A stretch of 64,000 bases of DNA from the NCBI GenBank assembly GCA_963786935.1, contig CAWBAN010000001.1, forward strand, positions 672,001 through 736,000. The letters run 5' to 3'. The DNA is from an uncultured bacterium (GTDB lineage Bacteria > Krumholzibacteriota > Krumholzibacteriia > Krumholzibacteriales > Krumholzibacteriaceae). The notes under the pieces were generated by a model. It was not told the DNA's origin, ran no database searches, and saw only the letters and a program-made list of their open reading frames with translations. Shown one piece after another: positions 31,807 through 41,170 of this stretch. Both the position numbers and the translations under genes were made by a program. Within the stretch, counting starts at the first letter, position 1. Every line of letters begins with the position of its first letter.

Positions 31807-32490
31807 ATGAGAATACGCGTCAATCCCGTCATTGCGAGCTACATCGGGTCGCTCGCCGTCCGCTTCCTCGCGATCACGTGGCGGATCGAGGTGCGGAATC
31901 CCGAATATCTGCAACAGGCGCGCGCTCTCTCGAAACGGGGAGTCGTTTCGTTCCTGCACGGCCGCCTCATTCCCATCGCCTACGCGTTGGGCTCGTGGGG
32001 AATCACCGTGCTCGCCTCGGAGCATCAGGATGGGGATATCATGGGGAGGCTCGCCGCATGGCTCGGCTGGCGGCAGGTCAAGGGATCCTCGACGCGCCGG
32101 GGCGCGGCGGGATTCCGGGAGCTTGCCGCCGTTCTGAGGAGTGGGCGCCACGCGGGGCTCACCGTCGACGGACCGCGGGGACCGCGCGGCCGCGTGCAGC
32201 AGGGCGCGACGGAACTGAGCAGAATGACGGGGGCCGTCGTGATACCGGTCACGTCCGCGAGCCGTCCGCGGTGGGTCTTTTCTTCGTGGGACCGGTTCCA
32301 GATTCCGCGGATGTTCGCGCGCGTGATGATTGCGTACGGCGAGCCGTTCGTCGTCCCCGGGGACGCCGATCGCGAGGCGCGCGAGCGGGCTCGGCTTCGC
32401 CTCGAGCGAACGCTCGGGGAACTCACGACGGAGATCGACCGAAGTCTCGGGCACGAGGGAACGGACGTATGGCCCCATGAAGATCGTTGA
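31807..32490 (+). CDS. DUF374 lysophospholipid-acyltransferase-fold protein (LpxJ-like secondary acyltransferase candidate)
   Basis: FLHGR, LASEHQDG, KGSSTRRG, TVDGPRGP, SWDRFQIP. Confidence 0.85.
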   Translation: MRIRVNPVIASYIGSLAVRFLAITWRIEVRNPEYLQQARALSKRGVVSFLHGRLIPIAYALGSWGITVLASEHQDGDIMGRLAAWLGWRQVKGSSTRRGAAGFRELAAVLRSGRHAGLTVDGPRGPRGRVQQGATELSRMTGAVVIPVTSASRPRWVFSSWDRFQIPRMFARVMIAYGEPFVVPGDADREARERARLRLERTLGELTTEIDRSLGHEGTDVWPHEDR

Positions 32491-33624
32491 ACGGTACGGC
32501 GCCGGATACCGGATCCTCACGGGGAGGGGCGCGTGGGGCGCGCTCCTGCCGGCGCGGGCCCTGCTCGCGGGCCTCTACTGGATCGGCGCGGCTCTGCACG
32601 CCCGGCGGAGGCCCCCGCGGGTGCGGCGTTCATCCCGCGGCCCCGGCGCGGCCGACCCCGTGGTCGTATCCATCGGGAACCTCGAAGCGGGTGGCGGAGG
32701 GAAGACGCCGTGCGCGATCGCGCTCGCCCGCGGTATCGCCGGGCGGGGGGGCTCGCCGTCGTGGTCACGCGAGGCTACGGCGGGACGGCGCGGCGCCGCG
32801 CGCCGTGCGTCGTTTCGCCCGCGGAGACGCCGGCGGCCGCTCGCGCAAGCGGCTTCGTGACCGCCGAGGATCTCATCGGATCGTCCGGCGGCGCGCCCGG
32901 CGGGCCCGCGCGCGAAGCGGAGGTGCTCGGCGACGAGGTTCTCATCTACCGGGACCGCGGCATCCCCGTCATCATCGATCCGCGGCGCTCGAGGGGCGCC
33001 GCGCTCGCCCGGCGGCTCTTCGCTCCGAGTCACATCCTCCTCGACGACGCGTTCCAGAACGTTTCGATCGCGCCGGACGTGGATCTCCTCCTCCTCGACG
33101 CGGAGCGGCCGTTCGGCGCCGGAACGCCGCTGCCGCTCGGGACGCTGCGCGAGTCTCCGCGCGCGGCGCGGCGCGCCGACGCGATCGTATTCACCCGGGC
33201 GCGCGAACGCCGGGTTCCCGCGGAGGCGCAACGTTTCGTCGAGGGCAAACCCGTCTTCTTCGCGGATCACGCCGCTTCGGGGCTCATCGGCCGGCGCGGA
33301 GAACCGGTCCCGCTCGAGCGTCTCGCGGGCCGGGACTGCGTGCTCTTCTCGGGAGTGGCCCGCCCCGCGTCGTTCGAGCGGACCGCGCTCGCCCTCGGCG
33401 CTCTGCCGCGGGCCTCGTTCCGCTTCGACGACCATCATCGATACGGCCGGGATGACGTGCGGGCGATGCGGGAGGAGGCCGGCCCGCGCACGGCGTTCGT
33501 CACGACGGAGAAGGACCGGGCGAAGGCGATCGATCTTTTTCCGGACGAGTCGGACGTTCTCGCGCTCCGCGTCGAGATGACGATCGACCGGCTCGACGAC
33601 CTGCTCGATCTTCTCGCGAGCTAG
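32477..33624 (+). CDS. lpxK: Tetraacyldisaccharide 4'-kinase; broken by a -1 shift in a G7 run at 32745-32751 (probable sequencing error)
   Basis: 5' frame: PVVVSIGNLEAGGGGKTP. 3' frame: TRGYG, GDE, LDDAFQ, LPLGTLRE, FDDHH, TTEKD. Confidence 0.9.
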
Positions 33625-34358
33625 CTCATCTTCCTGATGCGGACCTCGATCTCCGGGTGCCCCTTGAGGAGCGCCGCGAGCCGGGAGGCGTCCGTCTCGC
33701 CGTAATGGTAGGGATAGAGGACCTTCGGCTTGAATGCCAGCGCCGCGTCCGCCGCCATTTCCGGGGTCATCGTGTAGGGGAGGTTCATCGGGAGAAAGGC
33801 GATGTCGATTCGCTTGAGGAGCTTCATCTCGGGCGTGTTATCGGTGTCGCCGGCGATGTAGACGCGCGTGTTCCCGAAGGCGATGACATAGCCGTTGCCA
33901 GCGCCCCGGGGATGGAACGGTTTGCCGTCCGATCGTTTGCTCACGACGTTGTAGGCGTACACGGCCTCGACGCCGATGCCGGCGGCCGACGTCGAATCCC
34001 CCGCCTTCATCACGGTGCCCGCGACCCCCTTGTGCCGGCACGCCTCGGTCAGCAGCACCACGGTCTTTTCGCCGGAGACGGCCTTGAGGGCGGCCGGGTC
34101 CAGATGATCGGGATGATCGTGCGTGATGAGAACGAGATCGGCCTTCGGCAGCGTGGAGTAATCGGCGAGACGGCTCCAGGGATCGACGTGGATCGTTTTC
34201 CCGCGGTAGGAGAACTGAAGGGTCCCGTGGCCGATGAAGGTGATCACGAGCGGCCCCCCCGACGTCCTGACGGTATCGGCCTCGAACGCGGCCGGCGCGT
34301 TCGGGGGGCCCGTCAGCGCGGCAAGCAGCGCGCATACGCAGAGCGTTGTTCCGAACAT
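33621..34358 (-). CDS. Exported metallo-beta-lactamase-fold hydrolase
   Basis: Signal peptide, FIGHGT, HVDP, THDHPDH, YIAGDT, PMNLPYTM, YPYHY; SD GGAGG. Confidence 0.88.
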   Translation of the reverse strand: MFGTTLCVCALLAALTGPPNAPAAFEADTVRTSGGPLVITFIGHGTLQFSYRGKTIHVDPWSRLADYSTLPKADLVLITHDHPDHLDPAALKAVSGEKTVVLLTEACRHKGVAGTVMKAGDSTSAAGIGVEAVYAYNVVSKRSDGKPFHPRGAGNGYVIAFGNTRVYIAGDTDNTPEMKLLKRIDIAFLPMNLPYTMTPEMAADAALAFKPKVLYPYHYGETDASRLAALLKGHPEIEVRIRKMS

Positions 34359-34403
34359 GGCGTTTCCTCCCGCATCGGAGCCGTGAAACGATTCGCGCGA
34401 TCG

Positions 34404-34432
34404 ATGATAGCGGATGGAGGAAGGCCTGTCAA
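34404..34432 (-). promoter_or_regulatory. Sigma70 promoter for the MBL hydrolase
   Basis: The minus strand reads TTGACA-N17-TATCAT. Confidence 0.7.
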
Positions 34433-34454
34433 TCGGGGGCGGAGGGGAGAAACG

Positions 34455-34486
34455 AAGAGGGGAACCTCGCGCGAGGTTCCCCTCTT
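34455..34486. terminator. 32-bp perfect palindrome; probable intrinsic terminator of the minus-strand lipoprotein gene
   Basis: AAGAGGGGAACCTCGC-GCGAGGTTCCCCTCTT is fully self-complementary and lies just downstream of the stop at 34514. Confidence 0.7.
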
Positions 34487-34513
34487 TATGCATGAAGAGG
34501 CCGGTTACCCTTG

Positions 34514-35134
34514 CTACTGCAGCTTGTTCTCGTCGGCTGTCGTCAGGAGCGGATCGGCGAAGTTCACCGAGATGTTCGCCTCGAACTCGACTTCCGTGTC
34601 GGTCTGGATGTAGTGCCCGCGGAAGACGAAGTGCGCCTGGGCCATGATCTCATCGGGGGAGTACCGCAGGCCGATGAGCGGAGCGACGTTCTTCGCCGCG
34701 AACGGGACGAGGAGGATGGCTCCGACGGCCGAGCCGCTCGCCGGGACGAGGATGCTCGTCGTGCCGGTGAACGCCGGTACCGGCTCGGGCGCGTTGTCGT
34801 ACGCAATGAAGTTGACATCGTATCCCGTCACGAGAAAGTCGCCGAGGTTGCCGGTGCCGGGCTCGATGACCGTGCTGTACGGCTTGTTGAAAAACTCGAT
34901 CTCGATGAAATCCTCCCTGACCATGTCGTCGACGAGCTTGTAGGTGACCATATCCGCGTTATAGATCGAGTCCCCCTGGCTGAGAACATCGGCCAGGTAC
35001 GGGCGGTTCAGGTTCACGCCGCCGACATACACGACGGTGCGCTGGTCGTAGTTCGAGTCTTCGGAGCAGCTCAGGATCACGGCGAGGAGCACAAGCGCGA
35101 ACGAGAGGACGACGGCCTTTCTGTTGCCAAACAT
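34514..35134 (-). CDS. Hypothetical lipoprotein
   Basis: ATG after SD GGAGG; signal MFGNRKAVVLSFALVLLAVILSC with lipobox; beta-rich body. Confidence 0.8.
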   Translation of the reverse strand: MFGNRKAVVLSFALVLLAVILSCSEDSNYDQRTVVYVGGVNLNRPYLADVLSQGDSIYNADMVTYKLVDDMVREDFIEIEFFNKPYSTVIEPGTGNLGDFLVTGYDVNFIAYDNAPEPVPAFTGTTSILVPASGSAVGAILLVPFAAKNVAPLIGLRYSPDEIMAQAHFVFRGHYIQTDTEVEFEANISVNFADPLLTTADENKLQ

Positions 35135-35188
35135 CGGGTAACCTCCTGCGGTATGACCGGCATAATGGATTGTCGGAAGGGTATCCTC

Positions 35189-35204
35189 GCAATGATTGTG
35201 CCAA
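35189..35204 (-). promoter_or_regulatory. Sigma54 (-24/-12) promoter of the lipoprotein gene
   Basis: The minus strand reads TTGGCAC-AATCA-TTGC, an exact match to TGGCAC-N5-TTGC, 55 nt upstream of the ATG. Confidence 0.7.
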
Positions 35205-35317
35205 GCCGCGCGGCTTGATCGGGCGTCTAACGTATTGCGCATCAATAGAATAAAAGCCGGCGCCCGGTGCGTCGGTTCGCGCCGCCGCCGCCGCTTCGCA
35301 TATTGCACTTCTTTCTG

Positions 35318-35346
35318 TTGCGGGGGCATTCCCCGTCGCCTATGAT
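35318..35346 (+). promoter_or_regulatory. Candidate sigma70 promoter for nadB
   Basis: TTGCGG-N17-TATGAT, just upstream of the SD GGGAGG and the GTG start. Confidence 0.5.
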
Positions 35347-35369
35347 TAACCGACTTGAGGGAGGTTCCC

Positions 35370-36968
35370 GTGGAGGTTCTCAAGACCGACATACTTGTGC
35401 TGGGGAGCGGGGCGGCCGGGCTGTTCTTGGCCGTCAAGGCGTCCCGGTTCGCCGACGTGCTCGTCGTGACGAAACGCAAGATTGCCGAGAGCAACACCTA
35501 CTACGCGCAGGGCGGCATCGCGTCCGTGACGCTCAAGGACGATTCGTTCGAGCGGCACGTGGCCGACACGCTCGAGGCGGGGCAGGGGCTCTGCAAGCGC
35601 GAGGCGGTCGAGATCATGGTGCGGGAAGGGCCGGACCGGATCCGGGATCTCATGGATCTCGGCGTGCGCTTCAGCAAAACCGAGAAGGGCGACTCGCTCG
35701 CGCTCACGCGGGAGGGGGGGCATTCCAGGCCGCGGATCGTCCACTGCCGCGACATCATCGGACGCGAGCTCGAGACGGCCCTGCTCGGCGCGATTCGCGC
35801 GAGCGCCCGCGTCTCGACGCGGGAGGACTGCCTCGCCATCGATCTCATCGTCGACGGCGCCGGACGGGTGCTCGGCTGCCACGCGCTCGACCGCCTCTCG
35901 AACCGCCCCCTCGCGATCCTCGCGCGGCATACGGTGCTCGCGACGGGGGGCGCGGGGAAGATCTATCTCTACACGTCGAATCCCGACGTGGCGACGGGGG
36001 ACGGCATCGCGATGGCGTACCGCGCCGGCGCGGGGATCGCGAACCTCGAGTTCGTGCAGTTTCATCCGACGTGCCTCTACCATCCCCAGGCGAAGTCGTT
36101 TCTCGTCTCGGAGGCGCTGCGCGGGGAAGGTGCGATCCTCCGGAACCTGGCCGGGGAAACGTTCATGAAGCGGTACGATCCGCGCGGGGAGCTGGCGCCC
36201 CGCGACGTCGTCGCCCGGGCGATCGACCGCGAGATGAAGCAGAGCGGCGACAAATACGTGCTCCTCGATATCACGCACCGGAACGCCGATTGGCTCAAGA
36301 AGCGGTTTCCGCACGTGTACGAGAACTGCCTCTCGTTCGGGATCGACATCGCGGCCCAGCCGATTCCGGTGGTGCCCGCCGCGCATTACATGTGCGGCGG
36401 CGTCAGCGTGGATATGGACGGGAGGACCGATCGCCCCGGCCTCATGGCGATCGGCGAGGTCGCGTGCACGGGAGTTCACGGCGCGAACCGGCTGGCGAGC
36501 AATTCGCTCCTCGAGGCGCTCGTGTTCGGGGCGCGGTGCGCCGCGCGGCTCGAAGACGACGGACCGGGCGAGGGGATCCCCTCGGGCGCCGGTCTCGCGT
36601 TTCCCGACGTCCCGGATCCGCGAGCGCTCGAGACCGTGATCCTCGACCACGACTGGGATCTCGCCCGGCGGGTCATGTGGGATTACGTCGGCATCGTCCG
36701 ATCCGTCGAGCGCCTCGCGATCGCCCGCGGGCGCATCGGGCAGATCCTCGAGACCGCGGAGCGGCTCTACACCGAGTACGGGGTTTCAGGGGATCTGGTC
36801 GAGCTGCGGAACATCGCGCTCGTGTCCAGCCTCGTCGTGAAATCGGCCATAATTCGCAGGGAATCGCGCGGGCTCCACTATGTCATCGATTACCCGGAGA
36901 GCGATCCGGCCTGGCAAAAGGACACGGTCATCAAGAAAGGCGCGGAGCGGCGGGAGCAAACGTCATAG
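35370..36968 (+). CDS. nadB: L-aspartate oxidase
   Basis: GSGAAG FAD motif, SNTYYAQGGIA, REGGHS, FVQFHPT, SEALRGEG, PAAHYMCGG, TGVHGANRLASNSLLE, RESRGLH. Confidence 0.95.
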   Translation: MEVLKTDILVLGSGAAGLFLAVKASRFADVLVVTKRKIAESNTYYAQGGIASVTLKDDSFERHVADTLEAGQGLCKREAVEIMVREGPDRIRDLMDLGVRFSKTEKGDSLALTREGGHSRPRIVHCRDIIGRELETALLGAIRASARVSTREDCLAIDLIVDGAGRVLGCHALDRLSNRPLAILARHTVLATGGAGKIYLYTSNPDVATGDGIAMAYRAGAGIANLEFVQFHPTCLYHPQAKSFLVSEALRGEGAILRNLAGETFMKRYDPRGELAPRDVVARAIDREMKQSGDKYVLLDITHRNADWLKKRFPHVYENCLSFGIDIAAQPIPVVPAAHYMCGGVSVDMDGRTDRPGLMAIGEVACTGVHGANRLASNSLLEALVFGARCAARLEDDGPGEGIPSGAGLAFPDVPDPRALETVILDHDWDLARRVMWDYVGIVRSVERLAIARGRIGQILETAERLYTEYGVSGDLVELRNIALVSSLVVKSAIIRRESRGLHYVIDYPESDPAWQKDTVIKKGAERREQTS

Positions 36969-37000
36969 CGTTTCGAACGCGATTCCGGTTCGGGGGGCGC

Positions 37001-37384
37001 ATGGAAAACCGTTTGGAAATACGCCGGGAAGTGAGGGGCAAGATCGAAACGATCCGGTCGCGGGATCGGCGGTATCACGCCGACGCGTACCTGCTCGTTC
37101 TCGACGCCGTGGAGGCGGTGCTGCTCGAGCTCGCGCAGGCGCGTCATATCTCGGGCTTCGAGCTCTGCCGGGGGCTGCGCACGCTCGCGTCGGCGCGCTT
37201 CGGGCCCATGGCGAAAGAGGTTCTCAACTTCTGGGGCGTGCGGTCGACCGGAGATTTCGGGAATATCGTGTTCAATCTCGTCGACGCGGGATTGCTGCTC
37301 AAAACCGAGCATGATCGCATCGATGATTTTATCGACGTGTACGATTTCGGAGACGCGTTCGAGCGCACCTATTTCGAGGCGTAG
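37001..37384 (+). CDS. Minf_1886-family conserved protein
   Basis: RYHADAYLLVLDA, HISGFELC, FGPMAKEVLNFWGVRSTGDFGNIVFNLV, DRIDDF. Confidence 0.8.
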   Translation: MENRLEIRREVRGKIETIRSRDRRYHADAYLLVLDAVEAVLLELAQARHISGFELCRGLRTLASARFGPMAKEVLNFWGVRSTGDFGNIVFNLVDAGLLLKTEHDRIDDFIDVYDFGDAFERTYFEA

Positions 37385-37402
37385 CGTCCGCGGTCGCGTG
37401 CC

Positions 37403-39621
37403 GTGCGAAAACACTCAATCAGAGCAATCCGCGTGTTCACTCTCGGCTGCTGCGCGATCGTCGCGCAGTCGATCTTCATCCGGGAGCTGCTGCCGCTTTT
37501 CTCGGGGACCGAGTTCGTCATCGGCGCGCTGCTCGCCTTCTGGCTCGCGTGGGTGGGCGGCGGCGCCATGCTCGGGGCGCGGATCATGCGGGGGACGCGC
37601 CGCCCCGCCGCCCGCGCGTACGTCGATCTCGCCGCGTTTCTCGCGATCGCGCTTCCGGGGACGATCGTCGCGATCCGGCTCGGCAGGGGAATGCTCGCGA
37701 CGCCGCCGGGCGCCCTGCCGTCCCCCGCGGGCGCCCTCGCCTTCGCGCTGTTCGCCGTCGCTCCGTTCGGCTGCGCCTACGGCGCGATATACAACGCCGC
37801 GAGCGCGCTCTGGGAGGAGGGGGCCGAGGGGCTTCGCGGCGGCATCACGCGCGTGTATCTCTGGGAAGCGGCCGGCGCCGTGTTCGGCGCGATTCTCTTC
37901 TCGTTCATCCTCGTCGAGACGCTCTCCCCGCTCGAGGCGGGTATCGTCGCGGGCGGTCTCCTCGCCCTGACGGCGGCGCTGTCGTCGCCCGGGGACGGCG
38001 CGCGGGGACGGCTGCGGGCGTCGGCGACGATCGTGGGCGTATTCGTCCTCGCGGCGCTCTCTCCGTCGATCGACCGGCGCAGCATCGAGGGCGTCTACCG
38101 GGGCTACCGGATCGAGGAGCACCGTTCCTCCCGCTACGGCGAGATCGTGGTGGCGGAGCGCGAGGGATTGCGATCGGTGTTCGCGACGGGAGGGAGGGTC
38201 TTTTCGTATCCGGAGCCCGAGCGATGCGAGGAGATGATCCATATTCCGCTTCTCCTCTGCGGCGCGCCTCGAACGGTCCTCCTCATCGGGAGCTCCCTTG
38301 GGGGGGGGCTCGAGGAAGCCCTCAAACACCGGTCCGTACAGCGCATCGATTGCGTCGAGCTCGATGGAGCGCTCTTCGCGGCCGCCGGCGCGGCGGGCGA
38401 AGCGGCCGGATCGGATGGGCGCCGCGTGCGGCGCATCGCCGCCGACGGGCGGTTCTTCCTCGAGCGCGGGGACGAATCGTACGATTGCGTCATTCTCGGC
38501 GCCCCGCCCCCGGTGAATTTGCAGTGGAACCGGTTCTACACGAGGGAATTCTTCGAACGCGTCCGCGGGGCGCTTCGCCCGGGGGGCGTGTTCGCGTTCA
38601 CCCACCCGTCGCACGAAAACATGCTGACGCGGGAGGATGCGGAAGTGCTGCGGATTCTCGAGCGCACGCTCGAATCGGTTTTCCCGCGCGTGCTCGTGCT
38701 GCCGGGCTCGACGGCGCACTTCATCGCGAGCGACGCTGATCTCGACCCGCAGACGATCCTGCCCCGGCTCCGGGCCCGCGGCATCGACGCGCCGTTCGTC
38801 GGCGAGGGATATCTCCCGTTCAGGCTGACCGATGAGCGCCTCGCCGGGCTTCGGGCGAGCCTCGCCGGCGCCGGACGCGGCGCCGTCAACACGGATGCGA
38901 GGCCGGCGCTTCCGCTTCACGAGCTGCTCCTCGAGGGGAAACGGACCGGATCGCGGCTGATGGCGGGATTCGGCACGCTTCTCCGCGTCCCTCCGGCGGC
39001 CGTCGGGGGGGCGTTCCTGTCGGTCCTTCTCGCGCTGTTTTGTTTCGCGCGGTTCGGTTGGAAGGATCGCCCCGGCGCCCGCGCGGCGCTCGCCGTCTGG
39101 AGCGTCGGGCTCGGGAGCTTCCTGCTCCAGGTTCTCGTGCTCCTCTCGTTTCAATCGTTCGCGGGGATTCTCTACACGGGGATCGTGCTGTTGACGGCGT
39201 TGTTCATGGCGGGGGCGTCCGCCGGCGCGTTCGCGGCGGCCAGACGCGATCGATGGGGGAAAGGGGCGCTCAGGGCGATCCATGCCGGATTCATCGTGCT
39301 CGCGCCCGCTCCGGCGGCGTGGGGGGCGCTGATCGGGAGCTGGCGCCCCTCGCCGGTTTCGGGCTCGACGCCGTTCTTTTTCATGGCGGCGCTCGCGGGG
39401 TTCTTGACCGGCGCGTATTACGGAATCTCCGTCAGGATCGCGCTTCCCGAGAAGAGCGCCCGGTCCCCGCGGCCTTGTACGCGTGGGACGCCTTCGGCGC
39501 GAGCGTCGGCGGGCTCATCGGCGGCATGATCCTGGTGCCCGCGCTCGGATTGGCGGCGACGGCGCTCTGCATCGCGCTCGTGCACGTCATGGCGCTGGCG
39601 CTCATCGCGGGGAGAGGGTGA
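37403..39621 (+). CDS. Multi-pass membrane protein with an internal spermidine-synthase-like domain; -1 break near 39460
   Basis: N-terminal TMs (QSIFIRELL...GTE; VYLWEAAGAVFG), central SRYGEIVV, EEMIHIP, VELD, NRFYTREFF, LRPGGV, and C-terminal TMs that continue in the -1 frame (LYAWDAFGASVGG). Confidence 0.8.
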
Positions 39622-39631
39622 GACCGGCTTC

Positions 39632-41170
39632 CTATTTCAGCAGGCCGAGTTCGCGCTCCGAAAAAACGTCCGCCGTGAACGCTTCGATCTTCGTCCCCTT
39701 CTCCTTCCACGCGCCTTCGGGGAGCCCCGCCTTGACGCACGTTTCGGAGAGGAACGTCTCGCGGTTCCATCCCCACTCGACCGGCACCTGCGGGAGGAGG
39801 AGGCCCCGGTGCGAGCCGCGCGACACGACGAGCCCGTGCGTCCCGACGACGATCGTCGACGGATCGCGGACCTCGAAGAGGGGGCTCAGGACGGAGATCT
39901 CGAGCTCGATGGCGGGAAGCTCCTCCGTGCGCACCGGTTCGAACCGCCAATCGCTGAACGCGGCGGCCTTGGCCATTTCCCTGATTGTTTCGGCGAGCGG
40001 CTTGATCGCCTCGATGTATCCGATGCAGCCGCGAAGCCGGCCGGATATTTTCAGCGTCACGAAGGCCCCCCGCGGCTCCCGCATGATCGGCGAGGGAGGG
40101 GCGGAAACGGTGAGCTTCGATCCTTTGCATTCGGCCTCGATGACGCTCCGCGCGAGCTTGAGGAGGAACACCTTGTCGTTCTTCGTGAGCCCGGTCCCCG
40201 CTTTCGCTCCGGAAGCGCCCGCGGATCCCTTTGTTTCCTTCACCATGGCCGCGGCGAGGTAGCCCACCACGCTGCTCCGGTCTCCCGTGACATCCCCCGA
40301 GTTCGCGTATCGAAGGACGACGCATTTCGTGGCGCCGAGCGCGCGCGCGGCGATCATCGCCGAGACGACCGGTCCGCCGCCGCACGCCTCCACGGATCTC
40401 GACGAAAGGGTCCCGAGCAGCGCGTCGGGGTCGAAGAGCGCGAGCCGTTTCTGGAACTCCCCGTCGAGCTGTTTCGCTTCGCCGTCCTCGTGGAAATGCG
40501 AGAGGTCGGTGCTCGCGACGATGAGCGCGTGTTTCCCCCGGAGCGCCTCGCCGAGCGCCGTGCCGAGCGCTTCCACGACCGGCGCGCTCTGGTCGCCCAT
40601 GACGATCGGCACGAGCTTGAAATCGCCGAGCGCGACCTGCAGGAAGGGGAGCTGGACCTCGAGGGCGTGCTCGCTCCGCTGCATCGCGCGGGTTTCGTGC
40701 CCATGCGGGTCGAGCCGGACGAGGCTCCCCTTCGATTTCGATGCGATGAGCTTCGCGAGACCGGCGTCGACCGGAATGTCCCCGAGGGGTGTCCGGTACG
40801 CGGCGCCGGGAAAAACCGACGCGTAGGCGAAATACTCGGCGTGGCTCGGGCTGATGACGACGACGACGTCGTAGGCGCGGCCCGCGACGAGTTTGTACGC
40901 GTAGGCGGCGACCTGCCCCGAATATTGGTAGCCGGCGTGCGGTGAGACGAGCGCGATCGGATCGCCGCCCGGGGAGGCGGGATGGGCCGCGTCGAGGTAG
41001 CCGAGGATCTCCTTCTTGAGCGCCGCGGGATTTTCCGTGTAGAACTGTCCGGCGACCGCCGGTTGACGCACCGTCTGATCCATGGTTCTCACGCCCTTCT
41101 GCGCGGGGGCCGCGGCGCCGAGGACCGCGACGCCGAGCGCGATGATGAAGCCCGCACGCCAGCGTTTCAT
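39632..41170 (-). CDS. amrB: AmmeMemoRadiSam protein B (MEMO1-like) fused to protein A (AMMECR1-like), with N-terminal signal peptide
   Basis: RQPAVAGQFY, PHAGYQYSG, EHALEVQLPFLQ, STDLSH, ACG; then GAFVTL, LRGCIG, GLLLPQV, KAGL. The ATG overlaps the upstream stop; SD GGAGG. Confidence 0.9.
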   Translation of the reverse strand: MKRWRAGFIIALGVAVLGAAAPAQKGVRTMDQTVRQPAVAGQFYTENPAALKKEILGYLDAAHPASPGGDPIALVSPHAGYQYSGQVAAYAYKLVAGRAYDVVVVISPSHAEYFAYASVFPGAAYRTPLGDIPVDAGLAKLIASKSKGSLVRLDPHGHETRAMQRSEHALEVQLPFLQVALGDFKLVPIVMGDQSAPVVEALGTALGEALRGKHALIVASTDLSHFHEDGEAKQLDGEFQKRLALFDPDALLGTLSSRSVEACGGGPVVSAMIAARALGATKCVVLRYANSGDVTGDRSSVVGYLAAAMVKETKGSAGASGAKAGTGLTKNDKVFLLKLARSVIEAECKGSKLTVSAPPSPIMREPRGAFVTLKISGRLRGCIGYIEAIKPLAETIREMAKAAAFSDWRFEPVRTEELPAIELEISVLSPLFEVRDPSTIVVGTHGLVVSRGSHRGLLLPQVPVEWGWNRETFLSETCVKAGLPEGAWKEKGTKIEAFTADVFSERELGLLK

